Shown: positions 21,527 through 33,600 of the stretch, piece after piece
Position numbering within the stretch: position 1 is the stretch's first letter
Layout: every line of letters begins with the position of its first letter
IMG/VR virus record: IMGVR_UViG_3300042465_005479
Length of the DNA stretch: 64,000 bases
DNA from: an uncultured virus (IMG/VR IMGVR_UViG_3300042465_005479)
Taxonomy: Duplodnaviria; Heunggongvirae; Uroviricota; Caudoviricetes
Direction: 5' to 3' (one strand)
Made by a program: the position numbers and the translations under genes
The notes under the pieces: model-generated
Told to the model about the DNA's origin: nothing
What the model saw: only the letters and a program-made list of their open reading frames with translations
Databases searched by the model: none

Positions 21527-22381
21527 TTAGAATGGCATATCATCATCCTCTTCAGCGCCCGCTTGTGGGTCAATTGGAGCCGATGGTTTAGAACCACCAA
21601 ATGAAGTTTCACTTTCATCAGAGTTACCATAATCGTAACCACCTTTGTCAGTATTCCATTTTGGAGATTCGCCTCTTGCAATAGCTTCTAAGTATTCAAC
21701 CGGTTTTTTAGAGTAAACATCTTCCCAAGTTAATTCATCGTTAACCCAACTTTCAGAAAGTTTTGTGTCTTCGTGAATTGGAGCCGCGTCATCATACATA
21801 ACTGTCTGAATTACCGTGTAAACCGCCCCTTTTGGAGTTTTAGCTTTTGTTAATTCAAGGATAAGGTCTCTCCCTTTTTCAGGGTCAGCAATATCTCCTT
21901 TGTTTCTGTAGATAGGGATGATTTTGTCATAGATACCCTCATTTTTGTAGTTAGATTTAAATCTCCAAAATTTAACTCCATCTTCTTCGTTATCTCTATC
22001 GATAACTTTAACAATGTAGAATTTACGTGATAAATAAGTAGATGACAATTTTTTGTCATTTTCATTACCTGTCGAACGAAGTTCTTCGTAAACCTCAGTT
22101 AAAGGTGAACGTTCATTGTCATTTTTTCCCGGGTCATAAAATTTTTGGAATTTTCCATCAACTTGAATCTCGTGGTACCAAACTTCTTTAAATGGTGAAG
22201 AACCATCTGTAGTTGGTAAGATTCTTAATCTTCGTTGACCTTGAGTTTCCTTATCTGAAAGGATAGCCGCGAAGTATTTTTTCATTCTTTCTTCTTGTGT
22301 AAATTTTGAGGTAGAAGAAGTACTACCTTGTTTTGCTTTCTCGTATTGAGCCAAAACTGCGTCTAATGAATTTGTCGCCAT
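21527..22381 (-). CDS. Single-stranded DNA-binding protein, T4 gp32-like
   Basis: LRILP....SPF...WYH, VIDRD...GVKFW and GRDL.L; acidic C-terminal tail ending EEDDDMPF. Confidence 0.8.
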   Translation of the reverse strand: MATNSLDAVLAQYEKAKQGSTSSTSKFTQEERMKKYFAAILSDKETQGQRRLRILPTTDGSSPFKEVWYHEIQVDGKFQKFYDPGKNDNERSPLTEVYEELRSTGNENDKKLSSTYLSRKFYIVKVIDRDNEEDGVKFWRFKSNYKNEGIYDKIIPIYRNKGDIADPEKGRDLILELTKAKTPKGAVYTVIQTVMYDDAAPIHEDTKLSESWVNDELTWEDVYSKKPVEYLEAIARGESPKWNTDKGGYDYGNSDESETSFGGSKPSAPIDPQAGAEEDDDMPF

Positions 22382-22410
22382 AGTGTTTAAAATATTTAAA
22401 GGTTTATAAA

Positions 22411-22439
22411 AGTATAAGTGTCAGCCGTGTGTTTGTCAA
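22411..22439 (-). promoter_or_regulatory. Host-RNAP-type promoter of the ssb-recA-exonuclease-helicase-nrd block
   Basis: Minus strand TTGACA-N17-TATACT, just downstream of a terminator. Confidence 0.75.
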
Positions 22440-22449
22440 ATTGTTTTGT

Positions 22450-22477
22450 AAAAAAAAAAGGGTACTAAGACCCTTTT
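22450..22477 (-). terminator. Intrinsic terminator
   Basis: Minus strand AAAAGGGT-CTTAGT-ACCCTTTT running into a T10 tract, directly after the stop at 22480. Confidence 0.75.
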
Positions 22478-22479
22478 AA

Positions 22480-23136
22480 TTATCTTACTTGTTGGAACCC
22501 TGATGAAGAATCATCAAAATTTCTAAATGTTTTTTTAATTTCGATTGGTGAATAATCTTGAACCTCATCTTGAGTTAAAACATACTCATTTTTTCCTGAT
22601 TTTTCCATATCCTCTTCCTTATCATCAAAGAATTGACTTAATTTTTGATTGAATGGTCCTGAATCTAATGTTCTTAATTCTAATCTTTCTTGAGGAGTTT
22701 TTTCTCTATATTTTTCAATTTTCATTTCTAAGTCATTTAACTTAGTCATAATACCGTCCATTTCACCTAACTTAGATTCTAAATTATCTAAATGTTGGAA
22801 TAGGTTATCAAAATATTCCTCTTGTTTTTGTTCAACTTTTTTCTGAGATTTTACTAAATCAGTAATATCCATTTCTTCAGTTTTACCTGTTTCTCCATCA
22901 CCCTCAACTTTTTCAACATCAGGGTCATTGGATAAATCCACAGGTTGAGGTCCTGTAGGTGCTGCCGGTGCCGCCATACTTGGGTCAACAGGTGCCGGAG
23001 CACCTCCTGCCGGTGGTAAAGCGTTTGGGTCTTCACCCGGTGGTGGAGGTAATGTAGCGTCTTGCTCTACAATATAATTATTAATTGAATTATATCTAGC
23101 AATCTCTTCTAAAATCCTATTGTCTATTTTTTTCAT
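22480..23136 (-). CDS. Acidic, Pro/Ala-rich coiled-coil protein (possible scaffold or internal head protein)
   Basis: 218 aa with a low-complexity PPPPG/APAAP segment and a heptad-like region (LDNLESKLGEMDGIMTKLNDLEMKI). Confidence 0.5.
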   Translation of the reverse strand: MKKIDNRILEEIARYNSINNYIVEQDATLPPPPGEDPNALPPAGGAPAPVDPSMAAPAAPTGPQPVDLSNDPDVEKVEGDGETGKTEEMDITDLVKSQKKVEQKQEEYFDNLFQHLDNLESKLGEMDGIMTKLNDLEMKIEKYREKTPQERLELRTLDSGPFNQKLSQFFDDKEEDMEKSGKNEYVLTQDEVQDYSPIEIKKTFRNFDDSSSGFQQVR

Positions 23137-23137
23137 T

Positions 23138-23362
23138 TTATCCGTTTAATAATTGTTTTACACCAGTTGTTGTTTCAACTTGAATTTTTCTATTTTGACT
23201 CATTGTATTGTCAACTCTTTCTATTAGACCATCTTTCATTCTAATTGTATAACAATCTCCTGACTCTAAATCACAAATTTGTTTTGAACCGTTACCCATA
23301 TCTTTTTCAGTAGTACGAGTTTTTTTACCTAAGTAATTCTCTAATAATGATTTTGTATCCAT
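23138..23362 (-). CDS. Small hypothetical protein
   Basis: 74 aa, coupled to the downstream gene, with a TATTTAT motif upstream. Confidence 0.65.
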   Translation of the reverse strand: MDTKSLLENYLGKKTRTTEKDMGNGSKQICDLESGDCYTIRMKDGLIERVDNTMSQNRKIQVETTTGVKQLLNG

Positions 23363-23407
23363 AATCTTTTTTATATATAAATATCTGTTAGTTAAGAAAA
23401 ATTTAAT

Positions 23408-26400
23408 TTAACATTTTGTTCCATTCTTAGAACAAGGTTTTCCATCCCAAATAATTTCCATACCGGTATACGGATTAGGGTAACAATTACAACATATGTC
23501 ATCTTTAATTGCATCCCAATCACCAACATCAATTATTTGACGATACGTAAATCCTTCACCAGGACAATCCAACGGCATAATGACCTTATTACGTACAAAT
23601 CTTAAATCTGAAAACGCATTAATTTTAACAATAAAAGCATTTTGATAAGTATTATCATTACGAACTAGTTCTATCGCCTCAATAACGTTAGCATTAGTTA
23701 TGAATGAACCTGTATTATTTTTATTAGTGTTCATAGTAAAAGTAGCAATTTCAACTAAATCCATTTGACCCGGAAGATATAATTTAGCAGGATATGATTG
23801 ACTTAAAATATTACCATTACTAAGAATAACAAAATCACCACTTAAAGACCCATTACTATTTATTTTTAAATTTTTAAAAAAATAAGTGTTTAAAACTAAC
23901 GACTCTTCAAGAATACCTTTATCCCCACTAGTTGTTGGTGGTATTGCTGTTGGTGCCGGTGTTGTCGCCGGAGGTGTTTGATTAGTATTATTCCCACTTG
24001 TTGGATTATAAACATTAATAGCGTTTTGAACATTATTTTCAATTGTTGTCACGTCAGTCGGGTTTAGAGTTGTATATTCTGTCTCCGGTGAAATACCGCT
24101 TTCACCATATAATATTAAAAATTTAGTAATATCTTTAGCACTAATACTATTAATTTTACCAACTCTATCTTTATATCTTGAAATTAAAAAATCAATATTT
24201 TGACTCAAACTTTTAAATGTAATATAAGGAATATTTGAATCACTACAATAATATTTTTTTGTTGTAAAGAATGTCTCCACGGATGGTCCCCAATCTTGTT
24301 TCAAATCAGTATTACTATAATTGAATGATTGAGATTGCAACAACCCACTTTGAGACGAGCTTAAATACATTTTAGCAAAAACAGCATATCGTATTTTTTG
24401 GTCTGTTGTTTTTGTTGATATTATATCAACCACTTCTTTATATGTTGCACTAGTCGCATTTTTAGTGTCTGTCGCGATAAACTTAACATACTTATCATTT
24501 TTAACCTTACTTGGTGGACATTTTTGACTATTACTTTGAGTTGTACCATCTTGGTCAACACTATCACTAACTACAGCAGCGTTCTGAGTAATACTGTTAG
24601 TGGTTGTTGCCGAGAGTGCCGCCTTTTCTTTTTCCTGTTTATTTTTTTTATTTTCATCAATTATTGATTGTAATAATGTTGTTTTAAGAGATTGAATATA
24701 ATTATCTAACTTGGGTAAAGATGCTGTTGGTTGTCTAATACCTTCAAATGTTGTATCAAAATGTCCCGGTGTTATTGAGTGATTAACTTTTTGTATCATA
24801 TATGGACCACTAAACATTGGGACGTGTCTTAAATTAAAATACATCGTTGGTTGTATCATAGCATTACCCATCATACTAACAGTACAAGAATAACTTCTAT
24901 TTTTATATAAATTATATAATGAAGTATTCTGAGTTGCCCCTCCTCTATTATTTGATTGATTCGCCATTTGATTTAATACCTCTAATGATTCCGCAGTCGC
25001 TAACCCCGGATTTTGACTAATATTAAACCCGTGAAATATTGATTGATTTTGTGGTCCAAAATCTACATTAAACCCAACAACCTTATTTGATTTATCCCAA
25101 TCATTTTTACCTATTTGATTTTCAACCAATGGATTATCAACACGTCTCAAATCAAACGCATCATTTCTATAACGGTAATCAACATTCTCTTTTAAGTCTA
25201 ATTGTTCACTTGGTTTTCCGGCGTAAAAACAAACCATCTTAGCAGATGAATTTCGATAATCAACATTCATAAATGTCCCAAATAAAGTGTTTGCAAACTC
25301 TAAAGTCCCTTCAGGTTTTGGTTTTGGATTCTTAACCGCATCTTGGACATTATAAAAATTAACATATGACGGTATATTCATAACTACAAAATTATTTCTA
25401 ACTAAAATAGTTTGAATATACGTTAACATTGTTGAAGCAACATTAATTTCTTTTAAATCATCTTTTAATTTTTGAACATCCACTAAAACTAAATTACCAA
25501 CATCTCTACTCGCTCTATCTAATAGTAAGACATCTTCAAATAATGTTTTTTCTTTAAAGTCAGTCCCGGAAATCCATTTATCGTTTGTTGCTTTAAATGA
25601 TTCCCATAATTCAAGTTTAGTTTGTTTACTTTCTAACACCGTTTCAGGTTTAGTTTGTGGTGTAAAATTAACGTTTGGTAATGATTTTTGTAATTTAATC
25701 ATAAGATTATTGATAATTCTATTGTTAAACAAATCTAAATTATCTAAATAATCATTCATTAATTTAACAAACTTTTCGTAATTTAAAGTATTATCTTTTA
25801 ATTTCTGAGTAGCATATATTTTAATAATAGGTGCCAATTTTTCAATGTTATACACATCAAAGGCGACATTACAATCTATAAAGAAATCAGTAATATATGA
25901 ACCACCATCTTTATACGTTAATTGAGGTATTTCAGAAAAACCAACGTATGTCTCCAAAGCCGCCCATTCTAACGGATAAGTCGTAATTGAATTATTTAAT
26001 GTTCTTCCCGTAGGTAACGAATTTGGTGTCATATAGTTATAATAATCCCACGTAACCGGAGTTTCAATTCTATGGTTACTTGAGAACGTATAAAACAATT
26101 GTTTGTTAAACGAAGATGGGTTACCTAATTTAAAATAAACATCGTAGTTTAAAAATTGATTAATTATATTTGAAATATTTGATAACTGTTTATTTTGAAT
26201 ATTTTCCACCCATTCCACATTATTTGTTGCCGTATTTGGAATTTTCATCATATTCCTCATTAATGATTGGAAATTTTTAAAAGATTTTTGTGTTTCAGTA
26301 TCTGTTGAGTTTATATCTGTCTCATAATCGTAGATAGATATTGAGAAATTTAAAAACTCTGTTTCAAAGTTATCTAAAGCGTCTCTATCAAAAACTGAAA

Positions 26401-29400
26401 AAATTTCACTAATTTTTGTATAGTCCTGACTTAACCCATTTATGGAGAAATTTTCTTGAGCTTCTTGACCTGAAAAGATTTGTTTTAGGTAGTGAATAGG
26501 TTCCGGTTTTATTACTTTAGTATTATCAAAATATCCATAATTAGGTGAACCCCAAAATAATCTAGCAGAACCATTGTACATCGCAGTATTACCGGTAACT
26601 TGATAAACTAAATTATCTGATGTGTCAAAACACTCATTTTTAGTTTGGTTAATTAATCCCCCATGAGATGGTAGAATATAGATATATTGTCCATAATCAG
26701 CAACAATAGATACAGACCAAGGGATTACCGAAATAGTTTGACTATTACCTGTTGTAGTCCCTGTTACATTATTTATAACCGCCTCAGGAACATAATTTAA
26801 CAATATACCTTCACTAAACCCATTTTGAATATCAGAACTAGTATAACCTGTATAAACATTATATCCTTGATAAAAAACATTAAAATCGTTAATTAATTTA
26901 GGATAAAATCCTGTGTTAATTATTGTTTGAACGTTAGTTGCCCCCATTGGAATTGAGAATGTTGGAATTATGTTTGTTGTTTCCAACACCATTGTCGTCG
27001 CAGAAACTTGTCCCGGAATAGTAAAATTATAAACTGTTGAGGCACTATTATTAACCGGGTCATAATTTTTAACCGCGTCAAACTTTTTCCAACAATTATC
27101 TAAAATATCAACATTAGTATTAACATATTTTTTATAACGATGCCAAATTGAACCTATTTTTAATATCCAAGCATATGGGACTTTATGAAGAGCCGCATAT
27201 TTTTTCATAGACGCGAATATATAGTCTAAATTCTCATCAGAATAATTTGTATCATTACCTGTGTATGTTTTATATTTTTCCCTTAGTGTCGATAAAGGTA
27301 AGCTATTAATAAACAAATAGGCGGAACTAATATATGGGTTTGCATCTTGATTAATAGAATTCACCACACCCTCTTGAATTGAGTTTATAAAATATGGTGT
27401 ATTAAAAATTGATGTAGTTTGATAACTACTAACAAGTCCACTATAATTTAAATATTTGACATCCCCTTCAGTTGGTAATTGATTAGTATATGTTCTAGTA
27501 CTATAAAAATTCCTCAAATCATCGTCAACAATTGTTGGCATTACAACATTTTTATAAACAAAATTTGTTATTGGTTTTTTAACATCTTCAGATTGGATAT
27601 CACTGAAATTTGAAATAACTTTTTTATTGGGGTTATAAATTAACGTTTTTGTTGTATTAAACGCTAACGTTTCATCTGTAGAAACACCATTCGCCAAATT
27701 ACCTTTTACCCAAGTCTTATCTGTAAACGGATAAGTGTCAGTAAAGTCATACTTATTTGATGTTGTAGAAGTCGCAACATAATCAACAATATCTTTTTCA
27801 TTACTTAACGAAACTAATGGTTGTGATTTTGAATCATTTATTTCATCAGATGTTTTAAACTCAAAAGACGCGTTTTCAACAGTATTTTTTATATACCCCG
27901 TGTTGAAAATACCTCGTATGTAGTTTTGCCAACTAACCGAAACACCCTCATTTGATATATGTTTTAACACACTTTGAAAATTAGATGAGTTAAGATTATA
28001 CTCTTTTAAAGTTTTAATTAATTCAACATCACTATTATCTGAAACACTCTTTGATATATTTATATTTTCTCCTTCACCAATAACGTTAGCAATTTTATCC
28101 GCCTCAGATGTTGAAACATTAGTTCTATCTAATTTGGAATAATGTGAGGTCAACAATACTCTTTCATATATTTCATAAATAAATTTACTAATAACTTTAT
28201 TTTGATACACCTCATTACTGATAGGAAATTCAATCGCACCTAATGAAACTCTATTCGTGTCTTTTGTGTCATTAGAAGTTTTAGCTGGTGGTTGTGGTGG
28301 TGGTGTTTTTTGAGTCAAACCCTTAATGAATTCTTCAACAAATTCTATTTCCGGCCAAACATCATATAGGTAACCTTTAGTTTCACCAACAATATCACTA
28401 TCCCCCGGATATCTTAACTCATACTTTTCCTGACCATTTTCCCCTGTCGTTTCTTTAATAACTTGAGGCCAAGGATATACCGGTTGATTTTTATCGTCCC
28501 CCGAACTTTTATTATCCGCACTAGCGTTTGCAATTTGTTTGTCAAAAATAACACCTTTTCTAATTTTAGAATCTCTTTGCTCCCAAGCTTTTGTGTGAAC
28601 ATCATCCATTAAACGTAAAAACGCCTCTCCATTAGCAAAAACAACCGCTAACACATTTCTAATTGTTGGTACAAACCCGATACCATTGTCTTTATTCTCC
28701 AATAACTCAGCAAGAGCTTTTGTTAACTCGTCTTCAACTAATCCTCTGTTAGTTGTTAAAAGAGTATTCATTTTATCTGTTAAATCGATAAACGAACCCT
28801 TTCCTTCAAACACAAAATAGTTTTGAACAACTTCTTTTGCACCATTTTTAAGGGTTATTTCAGTATTATTAAAAAGATTTGTGGTCGCCAACTCTGCTTG
28901 GAATTTTGTTAAATCTTCTGGTGTTGGTTGACTATTTTTTTTCTGTAATTTATATGTTTCAGTTAAATTAATATCATTAGGGTTAATATCTATTGTAAAA
29001 ACACCCTTTGTTTCGTATTTAACACTATTTGGAATAGAACATTTCGTAACTTTCCCGTTGATTGTATAACTACCTTTACCATTGACATTACCACAAGTAA
29101 CATTTTCATTAAGTAATGTATTATACTTCCCAATTAACCCTTTTAGTTTTGAAATCGCGTCACTTTTCTTTTGAGGGTCTAAATTTTTCTTGAAGGTGTA
29201 AACCTTTGTGTCTAATTTATTTAAAATATAGTAATTCTCAGTATCCATAAATTCATTAAACCACGAAGTTTTTACCGTATAAAACACTTCTTTTTGATAG
29301 TCCCTCAATTGGGTTCCATAAGTGTCTAAATTAGTTAATGGGTCTAAGTTTTGTTTTGTAAATGAATCAAGAACATTCTTAATGAAGTTTTCTATTCTAT

Positions 29401-30331
29401 CCTTCATCTGCATTAATGTGATTTCAGGAAAATCATTAGGTATTAACCCTTTTGACTTATACTCACTATACATTTCAACTATTTTCTGATAACCTCGTTC
29501 AACAACAACATTATCTGTTTTAGTTGTTGTAGATGGACCACCACTAGTTCTAGTAATATTAAATCTTGATTGATACATATGTGGTGTTGCTAAAAGAGCA
29601 CCCATAGTAACATCACTTAAAACAGTATATTTGTATGTGTAAAACTTCAAAGCAATTGTAAAATTAGCCGTATTAGAATCATATGTTGTTGTGAAATTTT
29701 GTAACATTAACCCTAATCTAACCGCTTTACCAAAATACCCTTTAATTGTTAAATGAAATAATGGATATGGTAAATTAAAAAATGCCGCATATGGTGAGTT
29801 ATCACCAGCTTCAAACAAAGCACGTCCTTTCACATCAACTAAAGTAATATCAATTGTTGGTAAGAAATCTAACCCTTGTCTAATATTAATCGAAGTGATT
29901 CCTAACAAACCATTATCTACCGCTCCGGGTTTACCCCCTGAACTAATTGTTTGTTTAAGATAAAAATCATCACTGTTATTTGGGTTTGTAATACTTTGGA
30001 AAGTTGGTTGGTTAACACCTTCTCCTCTTATCGCACCTTTACCTGTTATTTCATCAGTATATGAATTATCTAAATATGGTTTATCACCCGGTTTTAAAAA
30101 ATTAATTTTAGCGATTGATACTGTTCTAATAGAATCATTATTTGCGGTACCAAGAGCTAATTTAGTTCTCGGTAAAACACTACACTCAAGATTGGCATAC
30201 ATTACTAAATCTTCTTGCTTTACAAATCTATCTTTTACTTTATTATCACTATCAACAACCTTGTTTGGGTCAATAATTGTAATATTGTTATAGTCGAATT
30301 CGACTAATATATTTTCGGGTTTACCTACCAT
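23408..30331 (-). CDS. Very large baseplate hub-like protein (gp27/gpD/VgrG-type segments)
   Basis: 2307 aa. CTVSMMGNAMIQPTMYFNL..VPMFSGPYMIQKVNHSITPGHFDTTFEGIR resembles the hub C-terminal barrel; follows a gp53-like gene. Confidence 0.6.
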   Translation of the reverse strand: MVGKPENILVEFDYNNITIIDPNKVVDSDNKVKDRFVKQEDLVMYANLECSVLPRTKLALGTANNDSIRTVSIAKINFLKPGDKPYLDNSYTDEITGKGAIRGEGVNQPTFQSITNPNNSDDFYLKQTISSGGKPGAVDNGLLGITSINIRQGLDFLPTIDITLVDVKGRALFEAGDNSPYAAFFNLPYPLFHLTIKGYFGKAVRLGLMLQNFTTTYDSNTANFTIALKFYTYKYTVLSDVTMGALLATPHMYQSRFNITRTSGGPSTTTKTDNVVVERGYQKIVEMYSEYKSKGLIPNDFPEITLMQMKDRIENFIKNVLDSFTKQNLDPLTNLDTYGTQLRDYQKEVFYTVKTSWFNEFMDTENYYILNKLDTKVYTFKKNLDPQKKSDAISKLKGLIGKYNTLLNENVTCGNVNGKGSYTINGKVTKCSIPNSVKYETKGVFTIDINPNDINLTETYKLQKKNSQPTPEDLTKFQAELATTNLFNNTEITLKNGAKEVVQNYFVFEGKGSFIDLTDKMNTLLTTNRGLVEDELTKALAELLENKDNGIGFVPTIRNVLAVVFANGEAFLRLMDDVHTKAWEQRDSKIRKGVIFDKQIANASADNKSSGDDKNQPVYPWPQVIKETTGENGQEKYELRYPGDSDIVGETKGYLYDVWPEIEFVEEFIKGLTQKTPPPQPPAKTSNDTKDTNRVSLGAIEFPISNEVYQNKVISKFIYEIYERVLLTSHYSKLDRTNVSTSEADKIANVIGEGENINISKSVSDNSDVELIKTLKEYNLNSSNFQSVLKHISNEGVSVSWQNYIRGIFNTGYIKNTVENASFEFKTSDEINDSKSQPLVSLSNEKDIVDYVATSTTSNKYDFTDTYPFTDKTWVKGNLANGVSTDETLAFNTTKTLIYNPNKKVISNFSDIQSEDVKKPITNFVYKNVVMPTIVDDDLRNFYSTRTYTNQLPTEGDVKYLNYSGLVSSYQTTSIFNTPYFINSIQEGVVNSINQDANPYISSAYLFINSLPLSTLREKYKTYTGNDTNYSDENLDYIFASMKKYAALHKVPYAWILKIGSIWHRYKKYVNTNVDILDNCWKKFDAVKNYDPVNNSASTVYNFTIPGQVSATTMVLETTNIIPTFSIPMGATNVQTIINTGFYPKLINDFNVFYQGYNVYTGYTSSDIQNGFSEGILLNYVPEAVINNVTGTTTGNSQTISVIPWSVSIVADYGQYIYILPSHGGLINQTKNECFDTSDNLVYQVTGNTAMYNGSARLFWGSPNYGYFDNTKVIKPEPIHYLKQIFSGQEAQENFSINGLSQDYTKISEIFSVFDRDALDNFETEFLNFSISIYDYETDINSTDTETQKSFKNFQSLMRNMMKIPNTATNNVEWVENIQNKQLSNISNIINQFLNYDVYFKLGNPSSFNKQLFYTFSSNHRIETPVTWDYYNYMTPNSLPTGRTLNNSITTYPLEWAALETYVGFSEIPQLTYKDGGSYITDFFIDCNVAFDVYNIEKLAPIIKIYATQKLKDNTLNYEKFVKLMNDYLDNLDLFNNRIINNLMIKLQKSLPNVNFTPQTKPETVLESKQTKLELWESFKATNDKWISGTDFKEKTLFEDVLLLDRASRDVGNLVLVDVQKLKDDLKEINVASTMLTYIQTILVRNNFVVMNIPSYVNFYNVQDAVKNPKPKPEGTLEFANTLFGTFMNVDYRNSSAKMVCFYAGKPSEQLDLKENVDYRYRNDAFDLRRVDNPLVENQIGKNDWDKSNKVVGFNVDFGPQNQSIFHGFNISQNPGLATAESLEVLNQMANQSNNRGGATQNTSLYNLYKNRSYSCTVSMMGNAMIQPTMYFNLRHVPMFSGPYMIQKVNHSITPGHFDTTFEGIRQPTASLPKLDNYIQSLKTTLLQSIIDENKKNKQEKEKAALSATTTNSITQNAAVVSDSVDQDGTTQSNSQKCPPSKVKNDKYVKFIATDTKNATSATYKEVVDIISTKTTDQKIRYAVFAKMYLSSSQSGLLQSQSFNYSNTDLKQDWGPSVETFFTTKKYYCSDSNIPYITFKSLSQNIDFLISRYKDRVGKINSISAKDITKFLILYGESGISPETEYTTLNPTDVTTIENNVQNAINVYNPTSGNNTNQTPPATTPAPTAIPPTTSGDKGILEESLVLNTYFFKNLKINSNGSLSGDFVILSNGNILSQSYPAKLYLPGQMDLVEIATFTMNTNKNNTGSFITNANVIEAIELVRNDNTYQNAFIVKINAFSDLRFVRNKVIMPLDCPGEGFTYRQIIDVGDWDAIKDDICCNCYPNPYTGMEIIWDGKPCSKNGTKC

Positions 30332-30647
30332 AATAATAGAAATGATTGTCTAATTGAGATTTATATTCTTGTAAAGATGATACTAAAGGAAATGGAATTG
30401 TCAATATAGCAGCATCCGGGATAGCCCACTCATTTCCCCCAAAAATTGGGTTTGCGGCTAAAATTAACCACCCAAATGTTGGTGTACCATAATATTGTTG
30501 AGATATTTTATCCAATCTAGATTGACCTATCTTATAAATTACTCTTTTATCTGATGATTTACTTGAAATGGAGATGTATGGGACAACACTCTGTTCACCA
30601 TTTATTAAAAATTCATTATACCTATTATAATTTTGTCTATTAGTCAT
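30321..30647 (-). CDS. Baseplate wedge protein, gp53-like (LysM-like / tail X)
   Basis: RLDKISQQYYGTPTFGWLILAANP...L.IP. Confidence 0.8.
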   Translation of the reverse strand: MTNRQNYNRYNEFLINGEQSVVPYISISSKSSDKRVIYKIGQSRLDKISQQYYGTPTFGWLILAANPIFGGNEWAIPDAAILTIPFPLVSSLQEYKSQLDNHFYYYGR

Positions 30648-30649
30648 TT

Positions 30650-33600
30650 TTAATTAAATTGAGTTTTATCCGTCCAAATTGTTTTATCACCTGTATTATC
30701 ACCTTTATACAATAATATTAAATTATTAGTTTGTTCATCATTTGTTGGTGAAGGTTCTGTAGTATACGTAAACTTACGTACTTTTCCCTTATTATAAATG
30801 TTATCTTTAGTCCACCCAATATAGTCAGGCGATTTTTTAAGAGATTTAATATTTTTTTCTTCAAAATCTAATTCTTCAATTACACTATCTCTAAATTTAT
30901 CAACAATTTTGTTAAAATTTTTAGATAAGTCATCATAAGTATTATCCAACTCATTTGTAATAATTGCAGATTTAAATGTGTTGAAATTACTTCTATTATT
31001 GAATACTTGAGCCATAACCATAAAAAATCTTTTATCAGTTAAATCATCAAACACCGCCGAAGTAAATCCTCCCGGTTCAGTATATCCATTACTAATTATA
31101 TTAAAATCTACACTACTTAAAGTTTCATTATATTTATTCATTCTAGTCGCAACCAAATCATAATCAAATATCATTTCTTGGAATGTGTCCACACTCTCTT
31201 GAGTATCACCTCTGTCAACTTCTTCAGTTGCGGTAATTGTATAAATTTTTGCTTTACTATCTATCAACACACCATCAGATAATGTTGTCACATAATTAAT
31301 TTTTCTAAAAACTTGTACCATACCCTGTTCTTGTTCAACAATCTTATTACTAATTTCCTCAATCCCGTTACTGAAATCCGTCTGCATTGCTTTAATGTAA
31401 TTTGTTAAATTAGTTGTAACACTCCTAACCGCTGTTGTGTCAGTAAACACACTATTTAAACCAACAATAATAAAATTAGTGCCACTTGATATATCATTTA
31501 ATAATGCCGAAAATAAATCAATCACTCTTTGTTCATAAACTGACTTACCATAGATTGTAACTAATTGACTTGATGTTCCCATATTAAATTCACCACCTGT
31601 ATATTGTCTTTCTTGAGTCATTAATTGCCAAACACCACCATTATATGATTTAATTGTCGATTCTGATTGATTCACTAGATTTACAATATATTCTTTACTA
31701 ACATCCAATAAACTATCCATAATTTTCATATAAGTGATATCACCTGTTTGACCACTAGCACCATTAACAGTTGTTTGAATTTGTCCAATAGTTTCTCCCG
31801 CAGAATTTGTTTGTTGATTATCAACTTGAGTTTGCGTAGGTTGTTCATCAATTAAATCTTGGAAATATTGTTTGTCTAATTTTTTCCAACTATCATCGGT
31901 CGCTTTAGCTCTTTCGTCATAAATTTCAGTATTAGCGTAGTAATTGAATGATAATGCGTTTTGTAATTCTTCAACAGGTTTTTCAAGACCCATACCACCA
32001 ATAATATCAAAATTCATTGAAACATTAGCAATCATAGGTTGAATACCAATTCCTTCAGGGTTTAAATCAAACACTAATGGTTCGTATGAGAACGCAACAC
32101 TTTTTGGTATTATTTTACAATTATAAAAATCCCCAATCCTTAAAACTAATACCGGTGGAGCACCAAAGGAGGTATTTAAGGCATCATTTGCAACTATCTG
32201 TCCATTATCCCCAATAACCGGAATTGTTTCACCAGGACGAACACATTGATTCAAGAAGGTTAAACGAGAGTTTAATCCTTCCGGTGTCATAGAGTGGAAC
32301 GCAGGATTAAAATATTTGATTTTTTCCTGAATAGAATCATATAACATAGGAACCTCTTTTTTAACAACATCAAAATAATCACATTCAGAAAGTAATCTTC
32401 TTACAATTAGTTTACTAATCCCATCCTTTATTGTTTTTTCTGTTCGATATGTTGGTTTTGGTTTTGGTTTTGGTGCCACTACCGGAGGTATTATAACATC
32501 CTCAATAATAGGTTCTACCGGTTTATCAACAGGTGTTGCCGTTACTTTTATATCTTTTAATGTAACTCTTCGACAAGCCATTGCACTAACAGAATACTTT
32601 TGAGAATCTTTAGTAACTTTATTTGTTTTTGATAAAATATCGTCAGTACAGTTAACTGACGCACCAAAAACACCTGTCGATGATTGTGGGAATGAAACAA
32701 CTTCTCCCTCACCTTTATTAACATCAAGAAACGTTAGTGTCTTATCCACATCAATAAATGGTTTTAATTTAGTTGTTTGTAAATATTCAACAACAGAATT
32801 TTTTCGTCTTATGGATAATTTTACATTGTAATCTTTACTCGCAGGAGCGGAAGCTGAACTAGTTAATAATATTTGAATAGTCCCTGTTTTTTCACTTAAT
32901 ATTTTAAAAGCATCTTCAACAAAACCAGAGTTAATCTGATTAAAATTGTCAATAACAACATTAGTAAAAAATGGTTGAACATTTAAATTAATACTTGGTG
33001 GACTAAAAGTATTTGTTGATATCGCAACATATTGGTCTTGATTCATAGTACTAGTGTAATTATCATAATCCGCCTTATATGATGAGTTTGGTTTTTCCGC
33101 AGTTTTATTATTTGGTCCCGGAACATCATTATCAAAATAGAACCCTAAATTATTATACTTACTTAAATCGGCAATTGATAACTCAGGGTTTGATTTTGTC
33201 GAACTATTACGAGGCGTTGTTACCGTTCCAACCGACGCATTTCCTTCATTACTACTAATAACCTCTTTTGCGGTATTTTTATCTAAATTAGGGTCGTTTA
33301 ATATCTGTTGATAAGTATATAAATCTTTAGTTGGGACAGTATTGAATTTTTTAGCCAATTCGTAAATATCATATTTAACACAACCCGCAAAAAATGAATC
33401 AATAATAGAATTAATTCTTTCTTTATTCTGTCCTTTTAATTGTTTCTCAACAATAACATTCATAACCGAAGGGTGGTCAACAATTATTTTCCAACTTAAT
33501 GTTCCACTTCTTCTAGTGTCTTTATATGTATAGATTGGTTCGGGTCTACCTAAGAAAGAAGTTTCCGTCCAATTAGCGTTACTTGTATCGTTAAATTTAA

